From the human T2T-CHM13v2.0 reference genome, Homo sapiens, in assembly GCF_009914755.1 (NCBI RefSeq), contig NC_060939.1: a DNA stretch of 64,000 nt. One strand, 5' to 3'. Made by a program: the position numbers and the translations under genes. The first letter of the stretch is position 1; the number at the start of each line of letters is the position of its first letter. This document shows positions 39,470-53,731 of this stretch, in pieces. The notes beneath the pieces were generated by a model that saw nothing but the letters and a program-made list of their open reading frames with translations, was not told the DNA's origin and did no database searches.

Positions 39470-40540
39470 CAATTTTTAAAAAATTTTTCTGGGTACATAG
39501 TAGGTATATATATTTATGGGGTACATGAAATTTTTTTTTGTTTTTTTTTTTTGAGACGGAGTTTTGCTTTGTCCCCCAGGCTGGAGTGCTGAGGCGCGAT
39601 CTTGGCTCACTGCAACGTCTGCCTCCCCAGTTCTAGTGATTCTCTTGTCTCAGCCTCATGAGTAGCTGAGATTACAGGTGTGCACCACCAGGCCTGGCTA
39701 ATTTTTTTGTATTTTTAGTACAGACAGAGGTTTCACCATGTTGCTCAGGCTGGTCTCAAACTCCTGACCCCAAATGATCCGCCCACCTCGACCTCCCAAA
39801 GTCCTGGGATTACAGGTGTGAGCCACTGTGCCTGGCCCATGAAATGTTTTGATACAGGCATGCAATGTGAAATAAGCACATCAAGGAGAATAGGGTATCC
39901 ATTTCCTCAAGCATTTATTGAGTTACAAACAATCCATTACACTCCAAGTTATTTTATCTTTTTTATTATTTATTTTTTTGAGGCAGAGTCTTGCTCTGTC
40001 GCCCAGGTTGGAGTGCAATGGTGTGATCTTGGCTCACTGCAACCTCTGCCTCGGGTTCAAGCGATTCTCCTGCCTCGGCCTCCCGAGTAGCTGGGATTAC
40101 AGGCATGTGCCACAACGCCCAGCTAATTTTTGTATTTTTAGTAAAGACAGGGTTTTGCCATGTTGGCCAGGCTGGTCTCAAACTCCTGACCTCAGGTGAT
40201 CCACCCACCTCGGCCTCCCAAAATGCTGGGATTACAGGCATGAGCCACCCCGCCCGGCCTCTAAGTTATTTAAAAATACACAATTAAGTTATTATTGACT
40301 ATAGTCACCCTGTTGTGCTATCAAATAGTAGGTCTTATTCATTCTTTCTCTCTTTTTTTTGTACCCATTAACCATTTCCACCTCTACTCAGCCCCCCACT
40401 ACTCTTCCCAGCCTCTGGTAACCATCCTTCTACTCTCCATCTTTATGAATTCAATTGTTTTAATTTCTAGCTCCCACAAATAAGTGAGAACATCTGATGT
40501 TTGTCTTTCTATGCCTGGCTTATTTCACTTAGCATAATGA
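39470..40540 (-). mobile_element. L1MA-type 3' end (reverse) interrupted by two reverse Alus (39530-39837, 39958-40259)
   Basis: gggtacatagtaggtatatatatttatggggtacatg..ttgactatagtcaccctgttgtgctatcaaatag. Confidence 0.85.
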
Positions 40541-41478
40541 TAGATACTTTCTTTGTCACCTTCCCTTACGTCATTACCATCATCACTACCCCAGGTTCTC
40601 ATAACAGATACAGGTATCAAATTTCTGCACACACTATAAGAAACGTAAATATCCTATATTATGTGTTTTCCAATCACTTGATCAGTGTTAATTCAAATAG
40701 TGGCTCAGGGTCCATGGTGTCTCAATTAAGAGATAGTAGACACACCTCAAAACTAGATTCCCAAGTCTTCAGGATGAACTCCAAATGCCTTAGCCTGGTA
40801 TTCCAGACCCTCCCAGTGTGGATCCAACCTAGCTCTTTACCTTGGTCCTGCTGCTCCCCACACCAGCCTCTGCTTACTCCACATGCAGCCTGAGCAGAGG
40901 TCCTCACTCACTCCCCGCAATGCCTCTGACCGTTTCTCCTGCTTGGAACGTTCTTCTCCGTTTCCTTTATCACTCAAGGCACAACTCTCTGGCTTCCCCA
41001 ACTGTTCCGTCTGCAATGTCTCTCCTCTCTGATACATTTCCTGCACCACTTGTTTGTGATTTAATCATAGTTGCCTTTCATTATTATTTAGCTATTCTGA
41101 GCTTCTCAAAGGCAGGGATCATATCGACTTTTCCTTGTTTCCTGTGTTCTCCCCCTGGCAGTGCTATTCAGAGAAGGTAGTCACTACTGGTTGAGTGCAT
41201 GACCACCCTAGAGGGCCAGAATTTAAGATGAACATCTACTGGTTCTGGGTTAAAGCGGCTAGGCCAGTCCATCTAGTTGGCAGGGTGTGGCGTGAGGGGA
41301 GTAGGCCCTGGGCGCCAGCATCCCGGGGCTCCTAGGGTGACTCGAATATCCCTACAGCAGTAGGGCCTAAACAGGGGTTTGACGCCACAGCAGGGAGGGT
41401 CAGGCGCGTGGGGCCTCGGACTTCAAGAGCATCCTTTCTGCAGGCCTCTCCGCGTGAGCGGAGGTTTCTGGGTTTTAC

Positions 41479-41761
41479 CTGATCTGCATCCCTTTTCTGC
41501 AGGAGCACATGTCCTTGCGCAGGAAGAGGCTGTTCAGCGTGACCGCCCCGATCAAGAAGAAGAGCTGCTTCACCGCCTGCCTCACAAGCTCGGGGTCCAG
41601 GCCGTTCTGGCACATGGTGGTGTAAAAGTAGCTCAGCTGTTGCAGGACGGAGGTCATGGTGTAGCCGTCCGTGTCGTCTATGCTAGAGGAGCGCTTCCGG
41701 AAGCCTGTGGGCTTCAGGCCGGAAATGCCCTGCAGGCTCTCATACTCCAGCATTCCCGGAA
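41479..41761 (-). CDS. MYO5C: Myosin-Vc exon 38
   Basis: (V)[26 protein letters not shown]...[16 protein letters not shown](R); 283 nt; AG/GT. Confidence 0.97.
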
Positions 41762-42429
41762 CTGCGGAGAGACAGGGAGGCTGTGCTGACACGCCAGGAG
41801 ACACACGCGGAACGTTCCCGACGCTCTTCGGTTTGTTTCAGGAGATGGGACATTTTTCTACAAGAGTCAGTGGATGTACTTATGATAGAGAAAGCAAAAG
41901 AATCAAGGGTTTGGGACACCAGGGTGTGTGTCAGGGTTAGGGATGGACGGCTGTTTCCAGCGGGGCTGCAGCTCCTCTTGTAGGTTTGAAGCAGCACGTT
42001 TTTCAGCTTCACAGGAAAGAAAGCTGCTTAGCATGACAAATCATGGCCTGGGCATTAAAGCCTAAAGTATTTAAATTTCAGGAAATTAAGGAAAGTACAC
42101 AAGAATTCGAATGGGGCTTTAGGATTTCAAAAATACTTGGCTACGCCAAGAAGTAGAAGTACCACATAAATAGCAGTAGTAGAAGTTTCCCCAAGTTTTT
42201 TCCTTCAGGATAAATCATCCTTATATAAAGAAAACTACCAACAGCGTACTATTATTTATGGAATCATTATAAGCAAGCAAAGAATTAAAAGGCAGATATC
42301 TACATGATTATATTTCCTTGGCTTTTTAAACAATGTTACACATAATCACACATTACACATACCAAGTTTATGTTTTAAAAAGTCTTAATGTTACTATAAA
42401 TATTTTTTGGTCATCCATTCTCTTCTTAC

Positions 42430-42580
42430 CTATTATCGGTTGGATATTCTTTTCCATTATGATAATAAATTGATGATATATTCGTATAGCCACATCACTG
42501 AGAATCTGTCTGTATTCTGAAAGGTCAAAATTGTTCAAGCAATTCTTATTCTGCTGTGGACTATTATGCTTCATGAATTC
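42430..42580 (-). CDS. MYO5C: Myosin-Vc exon 37
   Basis: EFMKHNSPQQNKNCLNNFDLSEYRQILSDVAIRIYHQFIIIMEKNIQPII; 151 nt. Confidence 0.97.
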
Positions 42581-42993
42581 CTAAAAGTAATTTTAAACAT
42601 AAAATATTAGAATAATACAAACATGTAGGAAATTAATAATCAGCTACTATAACTCTTTTACCTTAAAACTTAATGTCTGATTTATATCAAATGAGTTCAT
42701 GATGCTTGGGGTAGCATGTACCTTCTATAAGAAAAAAATTGCACTGATTTCCTGTATGATCACAGTCTATCACACTATCATTGTCCCACCCACTTCCCTA
42801 CAAACATTGTCCCTGGAACCTATAGACTAAATGGAAAAGCTCATAGAAGGCCCATGGAAGCGCATAGGAAAATGAAACAAAACTGCAGAGCATTCAAGGA
42901 AACAAACTGCTATGAAGAGGTAAGTGGATACAATAAATGAGATTCATAACCTTATAATTTACAGGGTACAAAGTTGAAATATTTTAAAGTGTG

Positions 42994-43402
42994 TGTTATG
43001 GATTTTATGTGTCTTCCTAAAAATCATACATTGAAGCCCTAACCCCCTAGTGTGGCTGTATTTGGAGATGGGGCCTTTAGGGAGGTAATGAGGTTAAATG
43101 AGGTCATGAGGATAGGGCCGTGATCTAATAATAAGATTGATGTCCTTATAAGAAGAGACACCAGAGAGAGCTTGCCCTCTCTCTCCCTCTTCCTGACCCA
43201 TGCACCCAGGAAAGGTCCTGTGAGGACACAGGGATGGAGAAAGTGGCTGTCAGCAAGCCAGGAAGAGAGCCCTCACCAGGAAGTGACCATGCTGGCACCC
43301 TGATCTCAGATGTTTAGCCTCCAGAACTGTGAGGAAACAAATCTCTTGTTTAAGCCACCCAGCCTGCGGTATTTTGTTATAGTAGCCTGAGTGAACTAAT
43401 GG
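42994..43402 (+). mobile_element. MaLR solo LTR (MLT1A-like)
   Basis: TGTTATGGA..TTGAAGCCCTAACCCC..GGAGATGGGGCCTTT..CCTCCAGAACTGTGAG..TTTAAGCCACCCAG. Confidence 0.85.
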
Positions 43403-43464
43403 AATATGTTTAACATGTTCAAAGAGACTAAAGAAAAAGAAAAAATTAAGAATAGAACATTATA

Positions 43465-44010
<546 letters not shown>

Positions 44011-45167
44011 TTAGTCAGAGGTTGGATTTTCTTTACTTCTCCTTTTGTTCTATAGTACTAGTCAGATTGCTGTTATATTTTATTTTAACTTCCTTCCATT
44101 GGGACAACTGGTTATCTATATGGAAGAGGATATTAGATCATTACCTTACATACCAATTTTGGATAGGTAAAAACATAATTAATTGTGAACTCTAAATATG
44201 AACTACAAAAGTTTAGAAGAGGATCTTCATGATCTCAGGGCAGGGAAGAATTTCTTAAGACACAAATCATAAAAGAATAGGATTGACAGATTTAAGCATA
44301 TCAAAATTCAAAAACTGTGTGACAAGGGACTTCATAAGGAAAATTAGAAGCTAAGCTACAGTCTATCCATATGATATAAAGACCTCCTACAAATCAGTAA
44401 CAAAAAAACCAACCCTAAGAAAAAGAAAGGAAGGATGTGACTAGGCAATTCAAAAGGAAACCCAAATGACCAATAAACATATAAAATTATGCTTGACTTC
44501 ACTAGTGACCAAATAAATGCAATTTAAGTCAACAAGATATAATTTTATACCCTGACACTGGTAAAGGATAAAAATGTCTGTCAATACCAAGTGTTGGTGA
44601 AGGTATGAGACACTGGAAACATCATACACTGCTGGTGGGGCTGTGCAATGGTACAGCCATTTTGGAGAGCACTGAAAACCCTGAAAGCCACTTTGTTATT
44701 TTAGTTCAATGAAATTTTTCTCTGTGAGTACTTGAAGGTGGAGAACTCTTTCATGACATCAGCCTCCTGGAAGCAGAGTCGGAATGGCAAAGGAAACATA
44801 TTTATAGATTATGGAGGAACAGTCAGGGTCCTGTAGAGAGAACAGCTGTGAAGAAACAGGCATTTTAAACCAAAGCCTGTATTTTAGAGTCATAATGCTA
44901 AACGTCTTACAGCCAGAAGGAAACTTAAAAGTCATCTTATCTACCTATTGATTTAAAAGTAATGGAGACCTAGGAGGCCTAGTACCATGCCCAAAATCTA
45001 AGCTGCTTCCAGAAGTCTCCTGCCTGTGGTGTATGCCCAAGAGTCCAACAGATAATGTGCTGTTGGCCTCCTGGTGGAGAGGATAGAGGCTCTATTGAGC
45101 TCTGGCTCAGGAGGAGGTTATAGACTGGCTGTCAGCACAAAACAACAAGCAGGTGGGCGCCCCCTAC

Positions 45168-45257
45168 CTCTTCTCCGCTGTACTGCTTCAGGCAATTGAG
45201 AAAATGACAAGTGTTGGAAAGCCAAAAGGACAGCATTTCAAAGTCTTCTAAATGTTC
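45168..45257 (-). CDS. MYO5C: Myosin-Vc exon 36
   Basis: [30 protein letters not shown] (myosin V FWLSN motif); 90 nt. Confidence 0.96.
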
Positions 45258-46562
45258 CTTAGGAAAATAAGAAAAGACAAAATTGGTCTTGATGATTACT
45301 TGTACCTCTGAGCATTTACCTGTTTGGTTATTTGTAGCTTTTGACCAAAATTAGTTTTTCTTTTATTCACTAAAGCCTTTATCCAATTCATATTATACTT
45401 ATAAGAACTTATATTTATTTAATAGGTCACAGTTTGTAACATGTTTCTGTACAGGTTGTGTCACTCATTATGAAGTGTGAAGTGGGTCCTGAAGGAATGC
45501 ATGAGAAATGCAAGTTTCACTTCTTGCTCTCCTAAGTTCACACTCTCACTGGGAAGATAGAACAGAGTTTTAGTAGGTGGTCAAGAGCCCATACGATGGC
45601 TGTAGACTGTGCTACCAAAGCTCAGAGGACGAGGAGAGAGGATGGGGAGGCAGAGCAGCCAGGGAAACCTCAGAGAGGAAGGAGGTCTAGCCTTTGAGGG
45701 AAATGGGTGGAGAGACAAGAGCTCAGGACTAGGACTGTTGGGGAGAAGGCCTCCACTTATAGGGCAGGAAGAAGAGGAACAAGCAGTGAAGGCAGAGCTA
45801 CAGTGATCAGAGGGGAAAACAGAGAAAATCCTGGGATTTAAAAGACAAGGGAGGAAGCTTTCAAGGAGATGGTGCTAATGCTTTGGTCAATTTAGAGAGA
45901 ATAAAAAGTAAAGAAACACCACTGGTTTTAGTAAGAGGAGTTACTGGTGATCTCTCTGTAGAGTGATGGGTTAGAAGCCAGATTGCAAGGAGTGACAAAG
46001 AGAATTGGTGGAGAACACTAGTTTAAGCACTTTGGCAGTCCGGGGTGGAGGGAAAGGAATAGTGGCTGAAGAGGGTATATGGGCACATTGCTGTAACTGC
46101 TGTGTGCTGGAGGTGGGGAGAGGCAGGTCCTGGGCACATGCAAAGGCAGAGGGAGGGGGACACAGAGAAGTTGAGACTGAAGATGCTGGTGAGAAAGGGG
46201 TCTTATAGTCCTCATACCACACATCTCTTGATTTATGAATATTTGGCAAAACATTCCAGAGCATCAAGGGGAGGCAAATACTGTGTGTCCTGGGCTGGAA
46301 CACAATGCCACCTTGTCTTAAGAAAACCCAATTTATGCAAATATGGACAGGGAAAACATCAATTTATGGGAGCCCCTTCCAAAAACACTGTGGTGGCTCC
46401 TGTGAAGATGGTGACTATAAAGTATCCAGCACCAAACAAATGTGAATTTTCTATTCCTAACTCCAGATAAATAATGAATTCATGATATTTTTGGAAGGAG
46501 AGGAGAATTACCATACTCTGATCTCTCACAAATCTAGTTTTTATGTTTCTTTCTTCCTAGAG

Positions 46563-46877
<315 letters not shown>

Positions 46878-48343
46878 TTCCCTAGAGTATTTAAAATAGA
46901 ATTTAATTCCCCATTACTCTTTAGAACACATATTTTACTAAAAATGAGGTAGGGTCTCCCTAACTAAAAATTCAAATATATCCTAATATCAAACATCACT
47001 TCTCTTTTGGAGGGGCATGGAAAACACTGTTATTTTAGTGTTATTTATGTCTTATTGCCCCCTTCCAATATGGATCAGTACATTGTAATTCCCAGAAACG
47101 GGTACTTTTTAACATAACTGTAAACTGGTCATTTCCTAGAAAAAGAGAGAGAGAGAAGGTTTTTGTACTAACTCCACTGTGGCTAATGGAATTTCCACAC
47201 TCAGGGTAGCACCAGGTCTGGCTTAGAACTAAGTCAACCACCCTACCCACACCCAAGATTCCAGAATGCGCCAAGCATTACCAGAGAACTCTTTTTACAA
47301 AGCAACTATCCCTGTAAGCAAGGATCCAGGTCTGCTTAAAAAAATCTTCAATGCTTAGATACAGTTATTTACTCATTGATCACTTATGGAGTTTCCAGGA
47401 AAAATAATCAGTATGCTAAGAATGATTTTAGGATTATGTTTCAGTTGGAAAGGAAATTAGCAATAAACTTTATGTTACTGTTAGCCTTCACAAAATCCTG
47501 CCCTTTGTCATTGTCACTTTTGATCATTATCCACTTGTCACACCATGAAGAGATGATTGCTCATAAAGAGTTCAGTTGGTGACTTCTGATATGTATACCA
47601 TACACACATGGTCTGTGTCCTATGGTAGGTTCCCTCTTGCCCAGTGGTAAACTGCTGGCTGCCTGCTTGTCCAATCATTCCAATAAGGACACCGACTTAG
47701 GGAATGGCCAACAGCAAGTTGGAAGGAACCTGGGTCCCTTCATGATCACGTGGAACAGAGCCACCTTCCAACCTAGATGGCTCATTATGGAACCGCTATC
47801 AGCAAAGAAAAATCCTCCATCTTCTTTAAGACACTGTATATTGGGCAAAGGGAGGTGGCAGGTGTCTCATAGCTACAATAGCTTAACTTTACTAAGTAAC
47901 TAACCTAACTAATACACAGTTCATCTTCATTTGTGGACTGGGAATAAAAATACACAATGTGCTTTTAGGAAGAAGAATTATATAATTGCCAAGGGAAGAG
48001 ATGAATAATTTTTCACTCCATTTCATTTCTCATGATTTACCCTTGTTACAGAGATAGAACCTATACCCCTCACAGCTGATAACTTTACACCCTAAGGGGA
48101 TAGCAGTGGTGGGGCAGTGGCTACCAGGTTGCAGTCTCGCCGGTAAGGCTTTGAGGCCTATGGCAGATGCTCATCCATTTATCTTTCCCTAACAGTGTGG
48201 CTCCCTTCACTAGTTGGGCCTCAAACTTGTTTGAGGAATCATGTGGCTCACCACACAATGGAGGCTCAGGATGGGCAAAGACTGGGCATCTGGTCATTCC
48301 CATAGATGTGATACCAGGGGCCAATGTCAAAGGCATTTCCTAC

Positions 48344-48498
48344 CTTAACCACCTGCTTGATGCCATTAATGGTGCTGTTCATGAGGGACTTCAGCATGTT
48401 GGCATCATTCAGAGAGTCTGCGTAGCGCACACACATGAACAGGATATGAGCCGGCAGCCCGGGGATCATGTTCACCACCACGCCACGGGGCTTCAAGT
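48344..48498 (-). CDS. MYO5C: Myosin-Vc exon 35
   Basis: (D)[51 protein letters not shown]; 155 nt. Confidence 0.97.
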
Positions 48499-49485
48499 CT
48501 GAAGCAGAGAGAGCCAATGAGGATTACAGCTGACAGGTCAGCTCTTCTCCTAAGGAACCTGTGACTAGGGGCAGGGGCTTGTTTGCTTTTCTGTGCTTGA
48601 CACAGTGCCTGAATGTATATGGATTTATTTCCTCTTTGAGGAATTCCATCTGGCTCCTTTCTTGGCACAAGATACACAGGTGTCACTTGTTCCTCTTCTT
48701 GTTTACAAAGGACTTTCTCTTTCTTAAAAGGTTGAATAAGAGACAGAATCTTTATTTTTCCCTGGTGTGGAAACCCTGGATTTCAGACCCCCATTGTAAG
48801 AAAGAAACTCCATTCCATGCACCCCTACTCCAAGCGCTTTGATGAGGATGGCGTACAGTGTCCACAGTCACATGAAGCTGCCTTGAATAGGGAAAGCAGG
48901 CACACCCAGTGCAGCAGAGGATGTCTGGCTGGCCTTGAGGAGAACAGAATGGTGGAAACGCTCAGTGGGGATGAAGGGGAGAGAGAAATCTTACAAAAAA
49001 AGTTAAGATAAGCAAACAAGGATGTCCCCTGGCTGCAGGAAGACAGAAGAACAAAGAAGAGGCTCACACTGCATGACACCAGTGATGAGGGGAAAGAAAA
49101 GGGTAGAGGTGCTCATATGAGCCAAGGGGGTCACTCGCAGAAGAGGAAGGAAGGCTACACGTTGGCTTTCTGTTTTGAGATCTTGGGGCCAGCTGACAGG
49201 GAGGCAGATTTTTCTCCCTATGCCAGAAAACCACGTGGAAGGTCACAGTGAAGACAGTGCAGTAAGATTGGTTCTATGACCACCAACTCTTGAGCATGCA
49301 CATGGGACATTCCTGTAACTGAGGCATGGCTGGGAAGCCCCATCACATTGCCCGCAGAGAAATTTCTCAGAAGTCAAATGGAGCACAGAGCCACAATTGC
49401 TTCCATGATGGCTCCTGTGCTGAGACACAAAAATGAGGTGATGTTTCTCTTCTACCCTGGTCCTACAATTTGGAAAAGGTCAGGG

Positions 49486-49677
49486 CAGTGGTTCTCAACT
49501 GAGGACAGTTTTGGCCCCCACAGGACATTCGGCAATACCTGGAGATATCTTTTATTGTCATCACTAGGGGTTGCTGCTGCCTTCTAGTGAGTAGAAGTCA
49601 AGGATGCTGCTCCATCCTTTGTTACTCCCCATTCACAGAGTTAACAGGTCAACAGTGCTGAGGTTGAGAAACTCTGG
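49486..49677 (+). mobile_element. MER20 (hAT-Charlie MITE)
   Basis: CAGTGGTTCTCAAC...GTTGAGAAACTCTG termini and MER20-like body. Confidence 0.75.
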
Positions 49678-49801
49678 GCTGGGGGAAGAAGCAGTGGAAG
49701 AAAAAGTAGAAAAAGGACCACCCCTGCCCAGGACTTTGGCACTGACTGATATGCAAGTTCTCAAAGAGAAAGCAAAAATCCAGAGTTCCAGGTTTCACTA
49801 C

Positions 49802-49900
49802 CAAGAATGAGGTTCTGAATGAGCTTGGCCTCGTCTTCTCTCTTGTATTGCAGCATTCCAAGGTACTCCTTGGGTCCTGAGGACGAGTGCACATCATTGG
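49802..49900 (-). CDS. MYO5C: Myosin-Vc exon 34 (start of the globular tail)
   Basis: (A)NDVHSSSGPKEYLGMLQYKREDEAKLIQNLIL; 99 nt, phase 1-1. Confidence 0.96.
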
Positions 49901-51216
49901 CTGTAGACAGAGGCAAACAATCAGCTAAATACACAAAAGCAGCTTTCACAGGTCTCACAATGTGACTACTCTCCTACCCTATTCTGGCTGGTTTGCACGT
50001 AAATGTCTGTGGCTTTCAGATACATTAAAACTGTACTGTATTGTATCCTGAAGAATTTCTCCAAGTAGTGATTCCTCTTTATGAGTACATCAGTGAGTAC
50101 AGCTGCTGCTGAAAAGGCCCAATTATCCTTTGAAGAGCCTTATGAGTGCCTGATATGTATCCAGCACATGGTAACAGGAAAGAAATCCAAGATGTTGCCT
50201 TGTCTTCAAGATGCCAATGCTACTGTGAAAGAAGACTTGTGAAACATTTGGTGTGCAAAATACCAATGTGCATGATCCTTACTGAGACAGCTGTATTAGT
50301 TTCCTGTGGCTGCTGTAAAGTTATCACAAACATAGAGGCTTAAAACAACACAAATGTTTAATCGTACAGCTCTGGAGGTCAGAAGTCTGAAAGGTGAGCC
50401 AGGGTGGTGAATGGTGGTTCATTCATTCATCCCAGCAGTGGGGATGCAGCGGGGGCTGGGAAGCACAGACCTGGGCCCTGCTCTCATGGGGCAGACTGCC
50501 ATTTGTCATTTATTACTGAAGGAAAGGGATCCTCAGTTTGCTTGTGGACATTTCAAATTTGAGGTGAGAGTTGGATAAGTAAGAATAAAGCTGCTCTTCA
50601 AAGAGATGAATATAGAAAAAGAAACAAGATACAGCCTTGGCAGTAAGGCTGGGAGGAAGGGGAAAAGGTAATAAAGAATGAAAGAGTGAGAAATGTGAGC
50701 AGGAGCTGAACACAGAAAAGTTCAGTGACAGAAGCAGAAGGAGGGAAGAAGGGAGGAGGGTCCCTTTCACAGAGGCTCACGAGGATGCTTTATGTGTGCC
50801 ATGCAGTCCATGTTCAGGATGTCTGCTTCTTAGCTCTCTACTTTTCTAATAGAAATTTGGATACTTACTGATCCTACATATGTAACAGGGAGAGAAGGTG
50901 AATTTCAAAGCAGTAAATTGAAAAATTGTTCACAATTTCATTTTTTAAAAAAGGGAGCTAACAGAGGAAGAGGTTAATGTGTTAATTATAGGATGTCTCT
51001 TGCGAGTACATGAATGTATCTGGTATCATCTGAGTGGGAGGGAGCTGTCTTCCTGACCCAAAGGATCCTTTTGTTAGCCCAGCACTAGGTCACAAACCTC
51101 ACCACTTGAGAATCATTCCTTTGGGTTTCATAAGCTTTGGACCAGAAAGAAAATAAACACTTGAGCGCATGTTAGCCTTAGCTCAAAAGAATAAGAAAAC
51201 AAGTATTGTTTCTTAC

Positions 51217-51304
51217 CTTTTCCAATTGTCTTGCTTAGTGTCTTGACTTGATCTTGTAGCTTTTTAATCACTCTGTCTTTCATGTCTAATTCTTCTTCAA
51301 GATC
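51217..51304 (-). CDS. MYO5C: Myosin-Vc exon 33
   Basis: DLEEELDMKDRVIKKLQDQVKTLSKTIGK; 88 nt; TAG/GTAAGA. Confidence 0.95.
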
Positions 51305-51354
51305 CTACAGCAATAAAAAGAAACCAGGATTTAGCTTAGAAGCACTTTAATCTA

Positions 51355-51775
51355 TTTTTTTTTTTTTTGGGTAACAGCTTTATTGACATACAATTTGCAT
51401 ACCGTACAACTCACCCATTTAAAGTGTAAACTCAAAGGTTTTTTAGTGTAGTCAGAGTTGTGCTACAATCATCATTATTTAATTCCAGAACATTTTATTA
51501 CTCCAAAAATAAAACTGACCTTTAGTGTCACTCTCTAGTTTCTCATTACCTTCCAGCACCTGGCAACCACTCATCTACTTTCTGTCTCTATGGATTTGCC
51601 TATTCTGGACATCTCATATAAATAAATTCATAGAATAGGTTTTTTGTGTGTGTGTCTGGCTTCTTTCACTTAGCATAAGGTTTTCAAAATTCATCCATGT
51701 CGTAGCATGTATCAGCATTTCATATATTCGTATGGCTGAATAATATCCTATTGTATGCATATACTACATTTATCT
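51355..51775 (-). mobile_element. L1MB-type 3' end (reverse)
   Basis: aacagctttattga..ctcacccatttaaagtgta..ctactttctgtctctatggatttgcctattctggacat. Confidence 0.85.
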
Positions 51776-52814
51776 TGCTCTTATTACATAGGAGTGCCCA
51801 TCATAGAGAATTTAAAAATATGAATGTGGGAAAATGGGCTTTCTAGATTTCAGAAGCTGGAGCTAGAGAAATGTTCAGAGATTTGGGCCTGGTTTTGCCT
51901 TTCTTTCCTGATAAGTAGGTGGCCTTGCCCATGCTGAATTTGGCTCAAGAACCAGAAGAGTCCTTGGATACCTAGAAATATTTCCTATAAAGGACATAGT
52001 GTTTAAGTTCTTCCACATCTGAGCATTTGACACATATAGAATTCAGGCTTCTCTGACCCAGAAAGACCCACCATGCAGGGTCACTGCAGCTGTGTGCCCT
52101 CTAGGGACTCTTGGGGCCGAGGGACATTGTGCTGTTTCTACTCTGTGCGGCCACCTCTCTCCCTGCCACCATTCTGTGTCCCTGGCTAGACATGTTAGGA
52201 ACTCTATTGACCTTAGAAGTGGCGGTGTCAGTACAGCTTCCTCCCTCCAATTCAAGCCCATCTTATAATATATCTAATAAAATGGGTCACCCATCAACCC
52301 ATAACCCAGAAAAAAACCACTCTTCACATTTTGATTTCATTCCTTTTTTCCCAATATGGTAAATGTACATTTTATAAAATTGGGATCATATTACATGCAA
52401 AATTTCAAATCCTACATTTTTCTCTAGTTATACTGCAGACGTTTTCCCATGTCATTGATAATATACTCAAACCATCATTTTAACAGCCAAGTCATATTAT
52501 ATCATACAACAATTTAACCTTTGCTCTATTGTTAGGTATGCATTTCTCTCCTTTGGGTTGCTTTTTTTCTCTATGATTAATAACACTAAGATGATCACTC
52601 TGAACAAAAATCTCGTCCACATGTTCAAGTATTTACTTAGGATAGAACCTTACAAGTTGTGTTACTGAGTCAAAGGGAATGTACTTTCCAAAGGTTCATG
52701 ATCCATACCTTCAAATAAGCCCTCAAGAAAGTTTATACCAATTTATATTCCCAGCAACCATGTATGACAGTGCCCATTTCAAGATGTTCTCTCCAGCAGC
52801 ATAAGATCTCTATT

Positions 52815-53127
52815 AATTATTATTAGTAGTAGTAGTAGTATTTTTAGAGACAGGATTTTGCTCTGTCATCCAGGCTGGAGTGCAGTAGTGTGATCATAGC
52901 TCACTGCAGCCTCAATCTCCTGGGCTCAAGCAGTCCTCTTGCCTCAGCCTCCTGAGTAGCCAGAGCTACAGGCATGCACCACTATATATATATTTTTAAA
53001 GTTTTCCTTGTAGAGATGGGGTCTCACTACGTTGCCCTGGCTGGTTGAACTCCTGGCCTCAAGTCATACTTCTGCCATGACATCTTAAAGTGCTGGGATT
53101 ACAGGCATGAGCCACTGTGCCAGGCCC
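52815..53127 (-). mobile_element. Alu (AluJ-like) within an old reverse L1 remnant
   Basis: Reverse Alu with (TAG)n-derived tail; TSD approximately TCTCTRTTAATT. Confidence 0.88.
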
Positions 53128-53294
53128 AGGTCTCTGTTAATTTGACAGGCAAAAATAGTACCTAGTTTTGATTTTGAATTTCTTTGATAAATAGTGAAAT
53201 GATTACTAAAAGTTTTTTTTTAATCTCTTAATAAGAATTCAGTGACAAAAGAGTCTGGAAAAAAAAAAGAAATTTCTTTGACTCAAAGCATCAC

Positions 53295-53731
53295 ATAGTG
53301 GTTTGAACAGTGTCACCTTGAAATTCATGTCCAACCCAAACTCCAGAATGTGCCTTTATATGGAAATAGGGTCTTTGCAGCTGTGGTAAGCTAAGGGTCA
53401 GTATGAGAGGTGGCTACTACAATTTAGGGTGGGCTGTAAATCCAATGCAGGTGTCCTTATAACAGATGGAAAAGAACACAGAGACAGGGAGAAGGCCAGG
53501 TGCAGAGAGGCAGAGGCTGGAGTTACACTGTTCCAAACCAAGGAATGCCTGGAGCCCTCTAGAAGCTGGGAGAGGCAAGGAAGGGTTTTCCTTAGAGACT
53601 TCGGAGGAGTGTGCCCTGCTGACACCTTGACTTCAGACTTCTGACCTCCATAATTGAGAGAACACATTTCTGTTGTTTTAAAGCACCTGGTTTGTGGTCA
53701 TTTGTTACAGCAGCCCTGGCAAACTAATACA
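53295..53731 (+). mobile_element. MaLR solo LTR (MLT1B/C-like)
   Basis: GGAAATAGGGTCTTTGCAG..CCAAGGAATGCC..GACACCTTGACTTCAGACTTCTG..GGCAAACTAATACA. Confidence 0.85.

Noticed and set aside
41379-41789. 136-aa plus-strand ORF
   Set aside because: Non-ATG start; an antisense shadow of the GC-rich MYO5C exon 38.
41809-41818. Palindrome GGAACGTTCC resembling a heat-shock element
   Set aside because: Only two good nGAAn units; expected by chance.
45150-45172. AGGGGGCGC CTCF-like core at the exon 36 donor
   Set aside because: The 5' half of the motif (CCAS) is absent.
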